Source: Eledone cirrhosa (Eukaryota). From it: a DNA stretch of 64,000 nt. Location of the stretch: NCBI GenBank assembly GCA_964016885.1, contig OZ024742.1:235166001-235230000 (forward strand). Reading direction: 5' to 3'. Below the pieces are notes generated by a model. It saw only the letters and a program-made list of their open reading frames with translations, was not told the DNA's origin and did not search any database. Positions 24,488-38,421 of this stretch are shown in pieces. Position 1 is the stretch's first letter, and each line of letters begins with the position of its first letter. Made by a program: the position numbers and the translations under genes.

Positions 24488-25755
24488 TATGCTGATGAAC
24501 TGGTTCTTATAGATGAATCTGAAAGATTTGGAGTATAAATTCCAGATGTGGAGAAGGAATCTGGAATCAAGAAGCTTGAAAGTAAGCTTCGTGAAAACTA
24601 AGGTCTTGATAGGTGGGAAGGAGGACAAGAATCTGATACCATCAGGGAAGTGGTCTTATTTGATATATTGAAGAAGGGCAGGCAAAAATTCCATAAGATG
24701 CACACACTGTAATTTATGGGTGCACAAGAGATATAGTGGGATTACAGACAGGTTGACAGAGAAGATAGACTTTGTGTACAGCAAATGCATGGGGAAATAA
24801 TCATTAGGAGCCTTTATGAAATAGATTTCTTTAATTATCCAGAAGGCTTTCTAGAGGTTATAGATGGATTTTGCTGCCTGGATGACATAATTGGCAATTA
24901 GGTGCTGGCATCTAGAATTTGTAATTGGAGTGAGAATGGACTGAAAAAATATTTAGGGTGCAAGTACCTTTGCTGACAGTGTGTGTGTGTGAGGGGGGGG
25001 GTTCTCTCTGAGTAAGACACAGACCTTGATTGCAAAGGGTGTGGAAGGGCTGGAGAGAATTGAGACAAGTAGGCACTTCAGTCAAGTCAATAACCAACAG
25101 CCTTCCTAGTGCTGGTACCATGATGAAGTGCATCCAGTGTGATCTGTGGAGTGGTTGGTGTTGGGCAGGATTTCCAGCAATAGAAATCATGCCAAAAATG
25201 AGTTGAGAAGATTTTTCAGTCATGACACATCAACATCTCTAATGCTATTGCCATGAAAAATGCACCCATTACACCCTGTAAAGTGATTGGTGATAGGAAG
25301 GACATCCAATTGTAGAAACCATGTCAAAAAAGGATCAAGAGGGCTCATCAGTTGTCAAGAGCACAACCTTTCTAGTGTTGGAAACACAATAAAATGCACC
25401 CAGTACAATCTGTAAAGTGGTTGGTGATAGGAAGGGCATCCAGCCATAGAAAACTTGCAAAATAAAAAGTAGAGAGAACTCTTCAGTTGTATCAAAGGTA
25501 TGACAAGCTCTCTAGTGCAGAACATGGGCATTAAATGATGATGATGATGACACTGTAAAGTGGTAGTGCTGGTGACAAGATAAAAAATACACAGTACACT
25601 TTGTAAAGTGGTTGACAGTAGGAAGAGTATCCAAATGTAGAAACCATGCCAAATTTAGAATGTAAGAGTAAGCTGAGGTCTCTGCAACCTATCATGTCTC
25701 AGATTGTGAAAACACATCCAACCCATTCCACCATAGAACATGTAAAATGATGATT
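24488..25755 (+). mobile_element. Decayed RTE fragment plus tandem 3' modules, inserted into an older SINE
   Basis: Begins at TATGCTGATGA (YAD-), includes decayed SGKW../WVHKR, then repeated AAAATGCACCCAG..GGAAGGGCATCC modules. Host SINE halves at ~24373-24487 and ~25880-26012. Confidence 0.7.
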
Positions 25756-25879
25756 ATATATGTGTGCGTATATAATCATCATTTTACATGTTCTATGGTG
25801 GAATGGGTTGGATGTGTTTTCACAATCTGAGACATGATAGGTTGCAGAAACCTCAGCTTACTCTTACATTCTAAATTTG
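25650..25879. repeat. Inverted repeat, 111-bp arms, 8-bp spacer
   Basis: 25650-25760 versus 25769-25879, one mismatch seen. Confidence 0.95.
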
Positions 25880-26199
25880 TCCAACAAGAGATCAATAAAA
25901 TACTATAAGTACCAGACATGGATAAATAGTTCTAGGAATGATATAATCAACTAAATCACCCAAAGGTCTCAGCATAGATGAAGTCTAATGACTGAAACCA
26001 ATAAAAGAATAAAAGCATCAGGTTGGCACACAATATGAATTCTCAAATAATTATTATAGTTCACAACTGGCTTCTTATGCAGTTGCATCAAATAGGAGGT
26101 TTCTTGGATATTTTAACTTTTTTGAAACTAAACTGCCTGGAACCAGCCCTTTATTTTAAAGAGCTTATATTTATCTGAAAAAATTAGTTTTATGTATTT

Positions 26200-26424
26200 A
26201 AACCCTTTAGCATTTAAACCGGCCACCTCCAGTCAGAATTCTCTTACCCCTTTCTCTACAAACTGGCCATAACTGGCCACTCATACTGATATTAAGATAT
26301 TGTTCTCAAAATAAATATCAAAATCTCATAGATTCAACATTATGTGAGATGATTATGTGAAATAAAGTTTTTACTGTGAAAATACAATAGTAAATATAGA
26401 GCAATATAAATGCTAAAAGGTTAA
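26200..26424. mobile_element. piggyBac-like MITE (CCCTTTAGCATTT termini)
   Basis: aaccctttagcattt...aaatgctaaaaggttaa. Same family in the opposite orientation at 38422-38766 and 57669-58162. Confidence 0.7.
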
Positions 26425-28957
26425 GTTATACTCTAAATACCAGCTCAATAAGTAAATTAGTTATATTACTGAATAGGTTATTTTCCAAATTATTTGAAAA
26501 TTATAGGCAGTATCTTTCATTAGAGATTGGCCTAATATGACAGGTATTTTCAAACAGAGATTCATCTTATTTTGTTGGCAATAATTTCAAGTAAAAAAAA
26601 ATATTTGCTCTGTATGGCCACTAAATTCAAAATAAACTTTCTTAGAAACCTGTTTTGTACATACTCTTTTACTTGTTTCAGTCATTAGAATGCAGTCAGG
26701 CTGAGGCACTGTTTCTAAGGAATTTAGTCGATCTTATTGACTCTGGAATTTGTATTTTACATTTCTGGTACGTGTTTTATCAATCTCTTTTTGTCAAAAT
26801 GCAAGGTTATGGATATAAATAGGCATGGAGACACACATGCAGATACACACACACTTCTGCAGTTCACAAAGCATTGATCAACTCAAGCCTCGAGTAGTAG
26901 ACACTTGCCTAAAATGTCATACAGGGGGAGGGGACAACTCGAAGCCACATCACATGGTTCCAAAGTGAAATCTTTAACCATACAGCCATTTTTGTGCCTA
27001 TAATATATAGAACACATATTTTTTTCTACAAACACCAATATTGTGTAAAAAATAAATAAATAAAGACTGAAATTCTTAAAGAGAAGTTAATTAAAACAGC
27101 AATGTTTCAAGTTTCAACTAATCTCCTAATCATGACACCATAAGGGCAAGTATTATAAATAATTAGACCCTGTAAAAACGACATAGAATATTCAACTAGA
27201 GTGACAAAGTGGGTGAACTTAAACACTGGTGGCCTTTGTACAAGCTCTTTAATTTGAAGTCATCATATCAAATAGAATAAACAGTTATAACAGATAGCTA
27301 TGAAAATGCTGACATCTTCTGAATACGTAAATGTCACATAGACAAATGTCATTGCAATTACAAAACATTAAACCAAGCAACTAAAATAACAATAACCCTA
27401 AATATCAAGCTAATGTTCAGTTGGAAAAAAAAACAGCTACAACCATTAACCAAGTTTACTTTGAATATGAAATCTTCTACAAGAGCATCAACAAATAGCA
27501 ACAGCAAAAATGTTTAGACTTAACCCTTTTGTGACCATATTTCAAATAATTATTTTGAGAGCTTTACCAAAATTATTAATTATTTCATTACTAAAATAGT
27601 AACTTAACATATGGTTTTTATATAAAATTATATTGGAAAATCTTAAATGGGTGGTTTTGTTTCGTAGAATCAGAGTCAGTTTCAGGCTGAGAAGGTATCA
27701 AAAGATAAACTGTTAAATTTGCAACTGGGTTAAAAACAATTACAACCATTCACTAACATTAAATTCTCAAAGAGAGCATAACAAATATCAACCAAAAATA
27801 TTTAGATTTAAAGTACTCTTGTCTAATAATTATCAACATTGTGTGCCATCTTTTTCATTTACATATGAAAAGAAATATGAACAACAAAATTATTGTGAAT
27901 TCAGTCTCTTTGCTTGTATGGTGATAACTTATAATTACACACATAACTAGTATATTTAAGGTCACAACATAATGAATTATCGTAAGTTGTTGTTCAAGCC
28001 TCATCAGTTAAGACGACAAGTGTTCAAGTTGTTTACCCAACAAAACAGCTAGCTTGCGAAATTAATGTGCAAGTGAATGATCATCCCACAGACACATGCA
28101 CCCTTAACTTAGTTCTCAGAGAGATTTGGCATGACAGTGTGATAAAGCTGTATTACAGCAGCATGGAATAATGTGTCTTGATTAACACACCACCAAGAAT
28201 CAAATTCATGACCATACAATCATGGGTTGAACACTGTAACCAAAAAATCACATGCCTTCACAAAGTACCAAAGCTGAAACTGCTGAACTGAACAGTTTCC
28301 ACTCCATTTCAACGTCTTCGGTTTGCTAGGGAATTCTCTGAATTTGAATGTAACAATATCCACATACACTGGTGGAACTGAAGGAACCGGGTCATTAAGT
28401 GAGCAATGGCCTGTAATGAAGAAAATGTGAAATAGCTAGAAATATTGTAGTAGTCGTTGGATGCCCATCAGTTCTGACAGTGAGTATTCCAGTTGTCCAA
28501 ACAGAACAGCCTGCTCATGCAAGTGGTTGAGAATTCCATAGACATGTGTACTCTGAATGTAATTCTCAGGGAGATTCAGCATGACAGAGTGTATGGCAAG
28601 GCTGTCCCTTTAAATTACAGCTAAGTAAACTAGAGAAACGTGAAATAAAGTATCTTGCTCAAGGACACAGCATGCCATCAGAAATCAAACTCACAACCTT
28701 ATAATCAGAAGCTGGACACCCTAATCACTAACCCATGTGTTGCCGCCACTGCCACCACCACCAGCAGCAACAGCAACACACTGAGAATATACACCACTAG
28801 CTTAATTTGTTTTAGTCCCTTAATCAAATTCCAAAATGAATAGACTTCTAATCAGTGGGTTATGAAAACAGCTAAGGTTATCAAAGAAGTCATCTTTGAA
28901 GTAGTTTATCTGTATTAGAGCGTGTGATTACCCTTAGCATTTTAATAAGATTTTTAA

Positions 28958-29028
28958 TAAAATTCCAAGAATCTACTAATTTTCTTAAAGAAAATCTTTA
29001 AGAAAATTAGTAGATTCTTGGAATTTTA
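28958..29028. repeat. Perfect inverted repeat, 34-bp arms, 3-bp loop
   Basis: TAAAATTCCAAGAATCTACTAATTTTCTTAAAGA-aaa-TCTTTAAGAAAATTAGTAGATTCTTGGAATTTTA. Confidence 0.95.
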
Positions 29029-30060
29029 AAAAATGACTTGCAATCCTTGTTTATTTCAACCTCAGATGGAAAATAAACTATAGGAAGAGTAGCCATTAAT
29101 TTTTTTTTTTTTTATTAATCCTTTCAATACCATATTTCTATTGAAAGACACTGCTTACAATTTTCAAATAATTTTGAATATGATCAAGAATTTCAAAGGT
29201 TTAGTAATATAATCAACTTTCTCAAAAATCCAAACAAAGAGTTGGGGCAGTCCATCAGTTGTATAATACAATCTCCCTAGGATAAAATGCACCCAATACA
29301 TTTGGTAATATGAGAAGTATACTGCTGTAAAAAGCATAGCAAAACTAGAAAGTATGTATGCAAAGCAAGCCCCTTCTTGTCCATCAGGGAGGCCATTAAC
29401 TCTGAGATGACCCATTCAACCCATTCCAGCATGGAAAAACAAACGCATGATGATGAATCTAATGTTTGAAGCATAACTTTACAAAGAATCTTACATAAAA
29501 TTGTGATGGAAGATTTCTTGGTAAATATAAACACTTTAAAACAGTTTCTATCATAAGACCTAGTACAGTTTTAGGCATTTTGGTAAGAGATCAGAGTCCA
29601 GAAATACATTTTTACTTGTATTAGTCACAATAAACTCTCCTTGGGAAAGGAAAATGGTCTGAATAATATGAACTATGAAACAAGAGTTCATATCCACTGT
29701 AAAAAAATGTTTCATTTCATGTATCACAGTTTATCTCACTTTAAAGAATAAACATATTTTGAGAGGATGTGACTTGTGATGACGGCTCATGGCCTAATGG
29801 TTAGGGGGTTGGGCTCACAATCATAAAGTTGAGTTCAATTCTCAGACAATGGTGGTGGGTTGAGCAAAACATTTTATTTCAGTCTCAATCCACTTAGCTG
29901 CCAAGCAGTATTGGCAACATTGGTTGTGAGAAGGGAAACAGGCATGCATAGGCGACTGGTCTTCCACAAAACACCTTGCACATATCATACTTGTAATAAA
30001 TCAGAGAAGAATTATCTGTTAACATTACAGTTTAAGAAATCATTATTATCTGCTCTTATC

Positions 30061-30240
30061 TAAGGGCGGTAGAGGGTTGGACACCATGCTTTGATGCATA
30101 GAGTTACGGCCCTTGCCATTCTGAGTTCAAATCCCGCCTAGGTTAACTTTGCCTTTCATCCTTACGGGGTCGATAAAATAAAGTACCAGTAATGCACTGG
30201 GATAATTGCTGGCCTTGTGCCAAAAGTAGAAACAATTATT
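30061..30240 (+). mobile_element. Meta-like SINE, slightly 5'-truncated
   Basis: Same core as 58-246. TSD ATTATTATCTG(C/T)TCTTA at 30042-30058 and 30235-30251. Confidence 0.85.
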
Positions 30241-31734
30241 ATCTGTTCTTACTTTTCTTTCTACAATAACAAGTCTAAAATACTACCCAATGAATATGTA
30301 TCCTATGAACACTAAGTATTTTCAATAGTGGCTCTTTTACATATACATGGATCAGAATTCAGCTGCAAGATATGGCCAATGAGAGCAACAATCTTGTGCA
30401 AACAAAGTATTTCACTGCTTTTGCTTTCACCAAATCCTCCATGTTTATGCATTGGATTTTGTGTCAAACTCCGAAATTAATCACAATTACTGCATTGATT
30501 CCATCCGTGAGTGCAGCTGAAATATACAGTCCAGCCAAGATGTAGTTTCCTCTTCCTCATTTATCACATTTTTTCTTTCTTTCTTGTAATTATGATATAC
30601 AAAATAATCAAGAATTTGAAGCGATTTAGAAAAATATAAATAATTTTCTCACTCCTATGAGGTCACTTCAAGTCCCTCATGGGATAACATAAACAGCAAA
30701 ATAGACTGCAGAAAATGTAGGTTGACACATCTTGAACTAATATCTGATAATATCCATGCCGGATGTCTGTGATCACCATGAATAACCTCTGTGGTGTGGA
30801 TTCAATGGTTGAATCCCAACACAAGTACCACCCTTTTCATTATACAAACAAATAATATGACAAATGAAAGCAGTATCTTAGTATATTCAAGATAAATACA
30901 ATGTAGTTATAAAATAACTTTAAAATAACACATACATGATTAATACAGGAACATATCTAAGGAGTGAAAACCAAATCAGATTTCACCAAACAATTAGGGC
31001 AATGGCCTAAAACAGCCAATCCTTTCTACATTTAATTTTCTCTGCAATATATATATGAGGACAAGCCGAAGTGTAAATCTATTGAAGCCTCCAGCCCACA
31101 CAGGAAAGTGATCATGATGGCGGCACGGTAAAAAAAACCCAGCCCACACTGTAAAGTGGTCGTATAGGTATCACAACAAAAACCACCAAGCACACACTGT
31201 AAATATGGTTGGCATTAGGAAGGGCATCCAACCATAGAATTCAAGCCCAAATCAGCCCTTCGTGAGCGAAAGATGGTCCTCCGACCAGATCTCTCACAAA
31301 AGGGATAGCCTGTCCTACCCATGCTAGCGTGGAATATGGACGTTAAATAATGATGATGATACACATATATATATATGTACCGTCAGAGCAAGGTACGGCT
31401 TGGTCAATTCTGGGAAGACTGGTCTCTCAACATGGATGACCCGTCTAACTCATGCAAGCATGGAAAATGGATGTTAAATGGTGATGATAATATATATGTA
31501 TATATTATACATATATGTGTGTGTGTAAATAATGTATTCGTGAGTGAATAATAATATTATAATAAAATATTCAGTTTGTTTGCAAGCAAATAGTCACATA
31601 AACAGTGTGTGATTTCTAGATGATCAACGTCATCCTTTTGTTCCAGCAGTAGCTGAGAGAAAACAATCGACAATTGTTACAGAGTTTTTACTCCTTATCG
31701 AGAATGTGTATTCTCGTCATTGCTACCCCCTTCA

Positions 31735-32184
31735 GCATTCAGTAATCATAAAAAGGGAGGTAGGTGTAAAAGCCAAACTCTCTATCTTCAATTCAGTATT
31801 CGTGCCAACCGTTGCCTATGGTCATGAATCTTGGGTAATGACCGAAAGAATATGGTCGCAAATACACACAGACGATATGGGGTTCATGATCAGAGAGTCA
31901 CTCCAGGTAGAGCCACTACTTCTCCTAATTGAGATACCATAGCTCTGATACTATGGGCATGTGGTTAGAATGTCTCAGGAAAGAATCGTTGGACAGATTT
32001 TACAGGCAAAGCCTACCGGCAGGAGATCCTGGGTTAGACACTGAGCAAGATGTTTGGAAAACATCCATGAGCTTGGTTTATCTCGGATCAGTCAGAGACT
32101 AATGGTTCTGACAGGACCCGCTGGAAGGAGTGTTTGAAGACACTGATCCCACGATCCTCTCAGGAATAAGTGGAAGAAGAAGAT
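31735..32184 (+). mobile_element. 3' fragment of a Rex3/Expander-like RTE LINE
   Basis: KREVGVKAKLSIFNSVFVPTVAYGHESWVMTERI...GHVVRMSQER; (GAA)n tail. Confidence 0.7.
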
Positions 32185-32235
32185 ATATATCATCATTTTA
32201 CGTCCGCTTTTCCCTGCTTGCACACACACACACAC

Positions 32236-32618
32236 ATCATCATCATTTTACATCCGCTTTTCCTTGCTTGCAAGGGTGGGACGGGAACTGATTCTGGCTT
32301 GATTTCTACAGTTGGATGCCCTTCCTAACACCAACCTCATTTACAGTGAGTGCTGGGTGCTTTTTTTCCGTGGCGCCTACACGTCCACTTTACAGTGTGG
32401 GCTGGGTGCTTTTTTGCCGTGGCACCTCCATGAACACTTTGCAGTGGAATGATAGGGACCCCAGTCCTATCATCTCATTTCTACAGCTGAGTAAACTGGA
32501 GCAATGTGAAATAAAGTGTCTTGCTCAAGGAAACAACACATCACCCGGTCTGAGAATTGAACTCACAACCTTTCAATTGCAAGGCCAATGCTCTAACCAC
32601 TAAGCCATGTGCCTCCAT
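32236..32618 (-). mobile_element. Second copy of the composite tRNA-CORE-RTE SINE
   Basis: Near-identical to 14731-15069 with one extra internal module. Its 3' end is duplicated at 32188-32222. Confidence 0.88.
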
Positions 32619-33393
32619 ACACACGTACCAATACTTAAACATCATTATATTAGATTTTCCACAAGTGTCCATTCTTCCATCAGTCTCTGAGGACCTGAAA
32701 AGGTTCATGGGAACTGACCTTTTCTCCCTAACTAAAAGAATACTTACAAAATTATTTGAAAAATCATAGGCAGTGTCTTATTAGAAATATAGTAACGAAA
32801 GGGTTTAAAATCAATATTTTTTTTATTCCAATTTCTATATACAAAAAGCATTGTCACTGTTACTCATAAGAGCTTGTCTCTCAACTGCAGTCAAATTAAC
32901 AAACAACTTACAAGTTAATCAACTTCATCTCCCTTCATATATGTTTAGAACATTAGGATTTTAAGTATGTAAGAAAGCACTAAGCAAACAGTAGAATATT
33001 TAAATAAGGAACCTATGAATGACCCAAATTCCTCAACTGTTAATTGTACTTGTGTATATTTCAACCATCATTTTTTTTTTCTACAGCTGGGTCACTATTT
33101 TTTCTTTGTGCAGTCTTTGCTGTATAACAACGTTTAAATGATGAGAGAATAACATTCCTCTAATAATTACACCACTTACAACTATGTATATCTGTGCATG
33201 ACTGAACTGGTGAATAAGTGTAAGCATTCTTGTTATTTTTACCTCAAGAATTGTCAGGCTATTCATAAACAACCCTTTAGAGTACTATTATATGAGCCTG
33301 TCACTGCTGTTTCATGCAGACATATATAGATGTATGTATGTGTATATCATTATCATTTAAAGTGTTTTTCTTGCTAGCAAGGATTGATATCAT

Positions 33394-33395
<2 letters not shown>

Positions 33396-33445
<50 letters not shown>
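33396..33445. repeat. (TA)n microsatellite
   Basis: Direct observation. Confidence 0.95.
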
Positions 33446-33448
<3 letters not shown>

Positions 33449-34918
33449 TCATTCTCATATACACACAAGCCAGCTCAACACATTCTAAATAGAATTGCGT
33501 GCTATATTAACCATAAAATAGGAAATATAAATGGTTGGCAAGTGTGAGTTCAATTCCAACTGAAGATTTATTATCTTTTATATTAATTAATAGAGAAATC
33601 AATCCTGGTATCAAGTTATCTAATATTTATTTTTAATATTTTACTTTCATGCATGTATACATACATACATCCATACATACATGTATGCATATAAAGTATT
33701 TTGCAATTTGTACTGTGAAAAAGAGAATCTTACCATGTAAGGCTGTTCTTGCTCACATTTTACATATGTGCCCCCACCATTCCTTCTCTCTGCCACAAGC
33801 ACCCCCAGCAGCTATTCTCACCACTGCTTAGCTACACACCCCTTTAAAGCTCTTAGATATCCTTACTACTGCAGCCGAGTAGCTAGTCTTTCCACCCTAT
33901 GTGCATACCCCCATACTTCCACCCCATCACTTCCCCCATTCTATCAAGCACATTCCCCCCACACCACTATATCCCTTATCCCCATACACTAATCAGCCAC
34001 CCCTTCCCTATCGTCCTGCTAAATCACCACATACACCTACAACTTCATACATATCTCCTTCCTCTATCACCCCCCCCCCCATCCCCACCCTCCCCAGAGC
34101 AGTGAGGTGCTACAAAAATGTACTATATAAGAGTGGTTAGTAACAGGAAGGGCACCCCACTAGAAATCATGCTTAAAAGAGTTGAGAGGAGCCTTTAGTT
34201 GTGTCAAAGACATGACAACCACCCTAATGCTGATGATCTACACAATAAAAGCACCCAGTACATGCTGTAAAGTGGTTGGTGTTAGGAAGGGCATCCAGCC
34301 ATAGAAAGCTTGTGAAACAAAGGGTTGGGAGCACCCTTCAGTTTTGGTCAAATGACATGACCTCTCCTGTGAACTGGATACAATGTAAGACCATATGTGA
34401 GATGCAGTACATGTTGTTGAGTTCTCTATTCTATTAGCATCACTATTAACTCATTGGAGTGTAGATTACACAACTCTAGTCAGTTAACACCTTATAATAA
34501 TTATATATACATATACATATATATATCATCATTTAATGTCCACTTTCCACAAGAGAAAGAGAGAAGGAAAAAAAGACAGAAAGAGGAAAAAGAAAAGAAC
34601 AAGAAGGCCCAGTATGTATTCACAGAGTGTAGAGTTTGTTAATATGTAAAAGTGTAGAGTTGGCATATATGCATGTACCCTTTCATACACACACACAACA
34701 ATTAGTGTTCAATTACTCTAAGTACCCCTACATCTATCAAATTAGTAGCCGACTCCTGAGAAAACTGCTAATATTTCAAGGACCCAATTCACATTTTATT
34801 ATCAGAGAAATGAAGCAAAAGAATTTTAATGACAATGAAAACAGCTTAGTTAAACAAGAAGCACTCATTGTTGGACCTGGCAGAGGTCCAACACAATAAA
34901 ATAGCACTGGTATATTAA

Positions 34919-35002
34919 CCTTTAGGACACTGAATTTTTTTATGACACCGCATTATGTATTAAGGGGAGATTACTCTCTTGTCGCCGACAGCATGCTGAA
35001 GG
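34919..35002. mobile_element. Mini TTAA-flanked MITE
   Basis: TTAA-CCTTTAG ... CTGAAGG-TTAA. Confidence 0.5.
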
Positions 35003-35974
35003 TTAAAGATGTTTAACATAAAGATTCATACATGAATAACAAAAAGAAAATACCATGGCATGGCCATGTGGTTAAGGAGTTCATTTTGCAACCACATGGT
35101 TTGGGATTCAGTCCCACTGCACTATAGGCAAGTGTCTTCCACTATAACCTCCAGTTCACCAATGCCTTGTGAGTAAAATTTGGTAGGCAGAAACTGTGGA
35201 AGCCATATACATGTGTGTGTGTGTCTGTGTTTATGTCCCATTAAGTTAGCAGTTTGATAAAAAGAGATTGATAACATAAGTACCAGTCTTGAAAAAAATA
35301 AGTACTCTGGTCAAAATAGTCGACTAAATCCATTCAAGATAGTGCCTTAGCTTGGCTGCAGTCGAATGACCAAAACCAGTAAAAGGAAGCATAAAATTCC
35401 ACACACTCACACATACATACATACAGTGTTTTATGGTTTCTAACAGACATAATGAGTTATGAAAAATGAGGCTAAAATATTCAGTAAACAACAGAAAGAT
35501 TCTACTTGCAGTGCACTAGTTAATGAAGAGAGATTTGTAGAACTAGTCTTGCAGATAATTTCAAACCATACACGACAACAGAACAAATCAATAATTTGTT
35601 AGAGAATTCTTTGTTGTTCCATCGATTAATGGTTTCATAAAAGATAAAAAATTGATGGCACTAATGGAGCAGTTACCATCAGGAAAAAGAAAGTACAAGA
35701 TAAAGAATCAAAAGAACAGATTTTCTTCAGCTTCAATGCATACCAAAAGAAAAGTTCTTCGGGAAGACAATAAAGAGAAGGATCAAAATGAGCAGCTAAG
35801 TATATATACTTGCCAATCATACATTTACAATCAAGTGAAAATAGAATGAACTGGTCAGTTATCAAGGCACAAATTAAGAAAATTAACTGAAGTACAAAAA
35901 CAATTTAAGAACTAATGCCAACTTGCTTGTCTGATACAATAACAACAAGCATTTTAAAGCCATAAAGCACCCAA

Positions 35975-37428
35975 TCATCATCATCATCACCGTTTTACGT
36001 CCGTTCTTCCACGCTAGCATGGGTTAGACGGGTTGTCCTGTTGTGGGCAGTGTCTGGTCGGCTGACCATGCCTTGCTCATACAGGAACTGATCTGGCTTG
36101 ATTTCTACAGCTGGATGCCCTTCCTAACACCAACCTCATTTACAGTGAGTGCTGGGTGCTTTTTCGTGGCGCCCACACGTCCACTTTACAGTGTGGGCTG
36201 GGTGCTTTTTTGCCGTGGCACCTCCACGACCACCTTGCGGTGGGGGGAGTGGGAGCATATTGTTTATATGCTTCAGCATGTACCCATGGGAGGTCGGGTA
36301 CCCTGTATTACTGCGTGACGCCAGAAGTCACGGTCGTGTGTCATTCTCTTTGAGAGGTGTAGTTGGGTAAGGTCGGCTTTTATCACCTCATCCCAAGTCA
36401 TCTTGGGTCTCCCCACTCCGCGGTTGCCATCAACTTCTAGTGCTCTGCACCTTTTTATGCAGCTGTCATCCTTCATACGCATCACATGTCCATACCAGCG
36501 TAACCGCCTCTCCTGCACGCAGCATTTGATTCCTCTTAAGCTCAGTCTCTCTCTCAATTCCTTTATGCTTTGTCGTTCACGTATATTACTGTTACACATC
36601 CATCGGAGCATGCAGGCTTCGTTTCTCTCTAATCTACGTAAGTCTTCCACCTTCAGCGCCCAGGTCTCACTACCATGCAACATCGCTGTTCGGATACACG
36701 CATCATACAGTCTGCCTTTCATTCTGAGGGAGAAGCCTTTTGCAGGTAGCAGTGGTAGTAGTTCCCTAAACTTCTTCCATCCCGTTCTTACCCTAGTTAT
36801 TGTACTTTCTGAGCACCCACCTCCGTTGCTAATTCGGTCACCTAGGTAGCAGAAGCTGTCTACTGTTTCTACAGGGCTCTCCCAGAGATTGGTGGTACTT
36901 GTTTCCTGTGGCTGTTTGCTGCTTGCTGTCCCAGTACAGCAGAAGCCTACATTCTTAATTAAGCTTCCTGAGATCCCGCTACATCTCTTGTGTACCCATT
37001 GTTTGCATTTGGGGCAGAGAATGGAGTTCCTACCTCCACCTTTCCTACATACTGAGCAAGGCCATTTCCCTGAGGGGATCTGGGTTCTGTTTTCTCGTCT
37101 ACTTACAAGGACCTTAGTCTTTGTCATGTTGACTTTGAGGCCCTTTCTCTCTAGTCCCTGCTTCCAGGTTTGGAATTTATTCTCTAGTTCTACCATAGAT
37201 TCAGCTATGAGTGCGAGGTCATCAGCATACAGGAGTTCCCATGGGCATCCGGTCTTAAACTCCTCCGTTATTGCCTGCAGGACTATGATGAACAGGAGAG
37301 GGCTAAGAACAGAGCCCTGGTGGACCCCAACCTGTACGCTAAATTCCTCGCTATACTCATTGCTAATCCTAACTTTGCTGACTGCTCCCCTATACATGGC
37401 TTGTACCGCTTTCACAAGCCATTCATCT
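35975..37428 (-). mobile_element. 5'-truncated RTE LINE subfamily B
   Basis: 380-aa ORF at 36273-37415 with QGSVLSP, LYADD, Cys/His finger and FCYLG; modular 3'UTR; (GAT)n tail. Confidence 0.93.
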
Positions 37429-38421
37429 CAATCCACCTGTAAAGTGGTTGTGCTGGTGGTCAATCTGGTATCACAACAAAAAATGCCCAGTCCACCGTGT
37501 AAGATCGTTGCGCTGGTGACACATCAAAAAGCACAGTCCACACAGTAATGTAATGTAGTTGGTGTTAGGAAGGACATCCAGCTGGAGAAACCAAACCAAA
37601 ATACAGATCCGTATGAGCAAGATGTGTTCACCTGACTTGACTTGTTTCATAACATGACAGCCAGGCTAACCCATACAAGGAAGGAAAAGTGGACGTTAAA
37701 CGATGATGATGATGATGACGATTTCCCTGTTAAAGTAGAGTTTCGCGGACCTTGCGAAAGACTTAATTATACTCCTCATAGAGTATTTTTGAGGCAATGT
37801 CTTATGGAAGGATGATCTTCCTGATGCCAACTGTTTTTGTCACCTCTTACAACATACAGGGTACCTATTCTAAACCAGACACAAAGGTATTCTTTAATGT
37901 CTGTGGGTTAATTTCTACTGAACAATACATTCCCTAAAGTGGATTTTTTTTTTTTCAACTTGGCACAAAGTTCCATTTGAATAAAAATGTGGAAATATGA
38001 TGTTCATATATTTCCCGACAATTTTAGCAGCCTTAAATGGAAGAAGTGAAATAATCTCAACAAGAAATCAAAACCTGGTTACATGCAATGGATTATATAA
38101 AAATTGCTTTGTCCTTATAAAGATTAAATCTAAAATGACATTCAGAAAAACTCTAAAATATTGTCAACTAGTGTTTTTCTATACTCCATGGTTTGTATAA
38201 GATTTGTAACCTATTGTAAGAGTGGCAATACATTTTTATTGTCACCTTATCAGCAGAATGACGATTACAAAAGTTCCAAATAAACAAAAAGAAACAATTG
38301 GAGTTATTGTGTCCGAATCATTATGAAGATTCTGTGCTTCAGACATAACTTTAACCCTTTTGATACCAACTCCCCCAAAATTGCCTCTGGTTCTGTGAAA
38401 CAAAACCAGTCATTTTAATGC

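Noticed and set aside
33768-34140. Pro/His-rich ORFs
   Set aside because: Low-complexity C-rich tract like those in RTE-B 3'UTRs, followed by the usual module.
35652-35849. Short purine-rich ORF as a host exon
   Set aside because: No recognisable homology or splice support; syntrophin exons 1 and 2 already join in frame.
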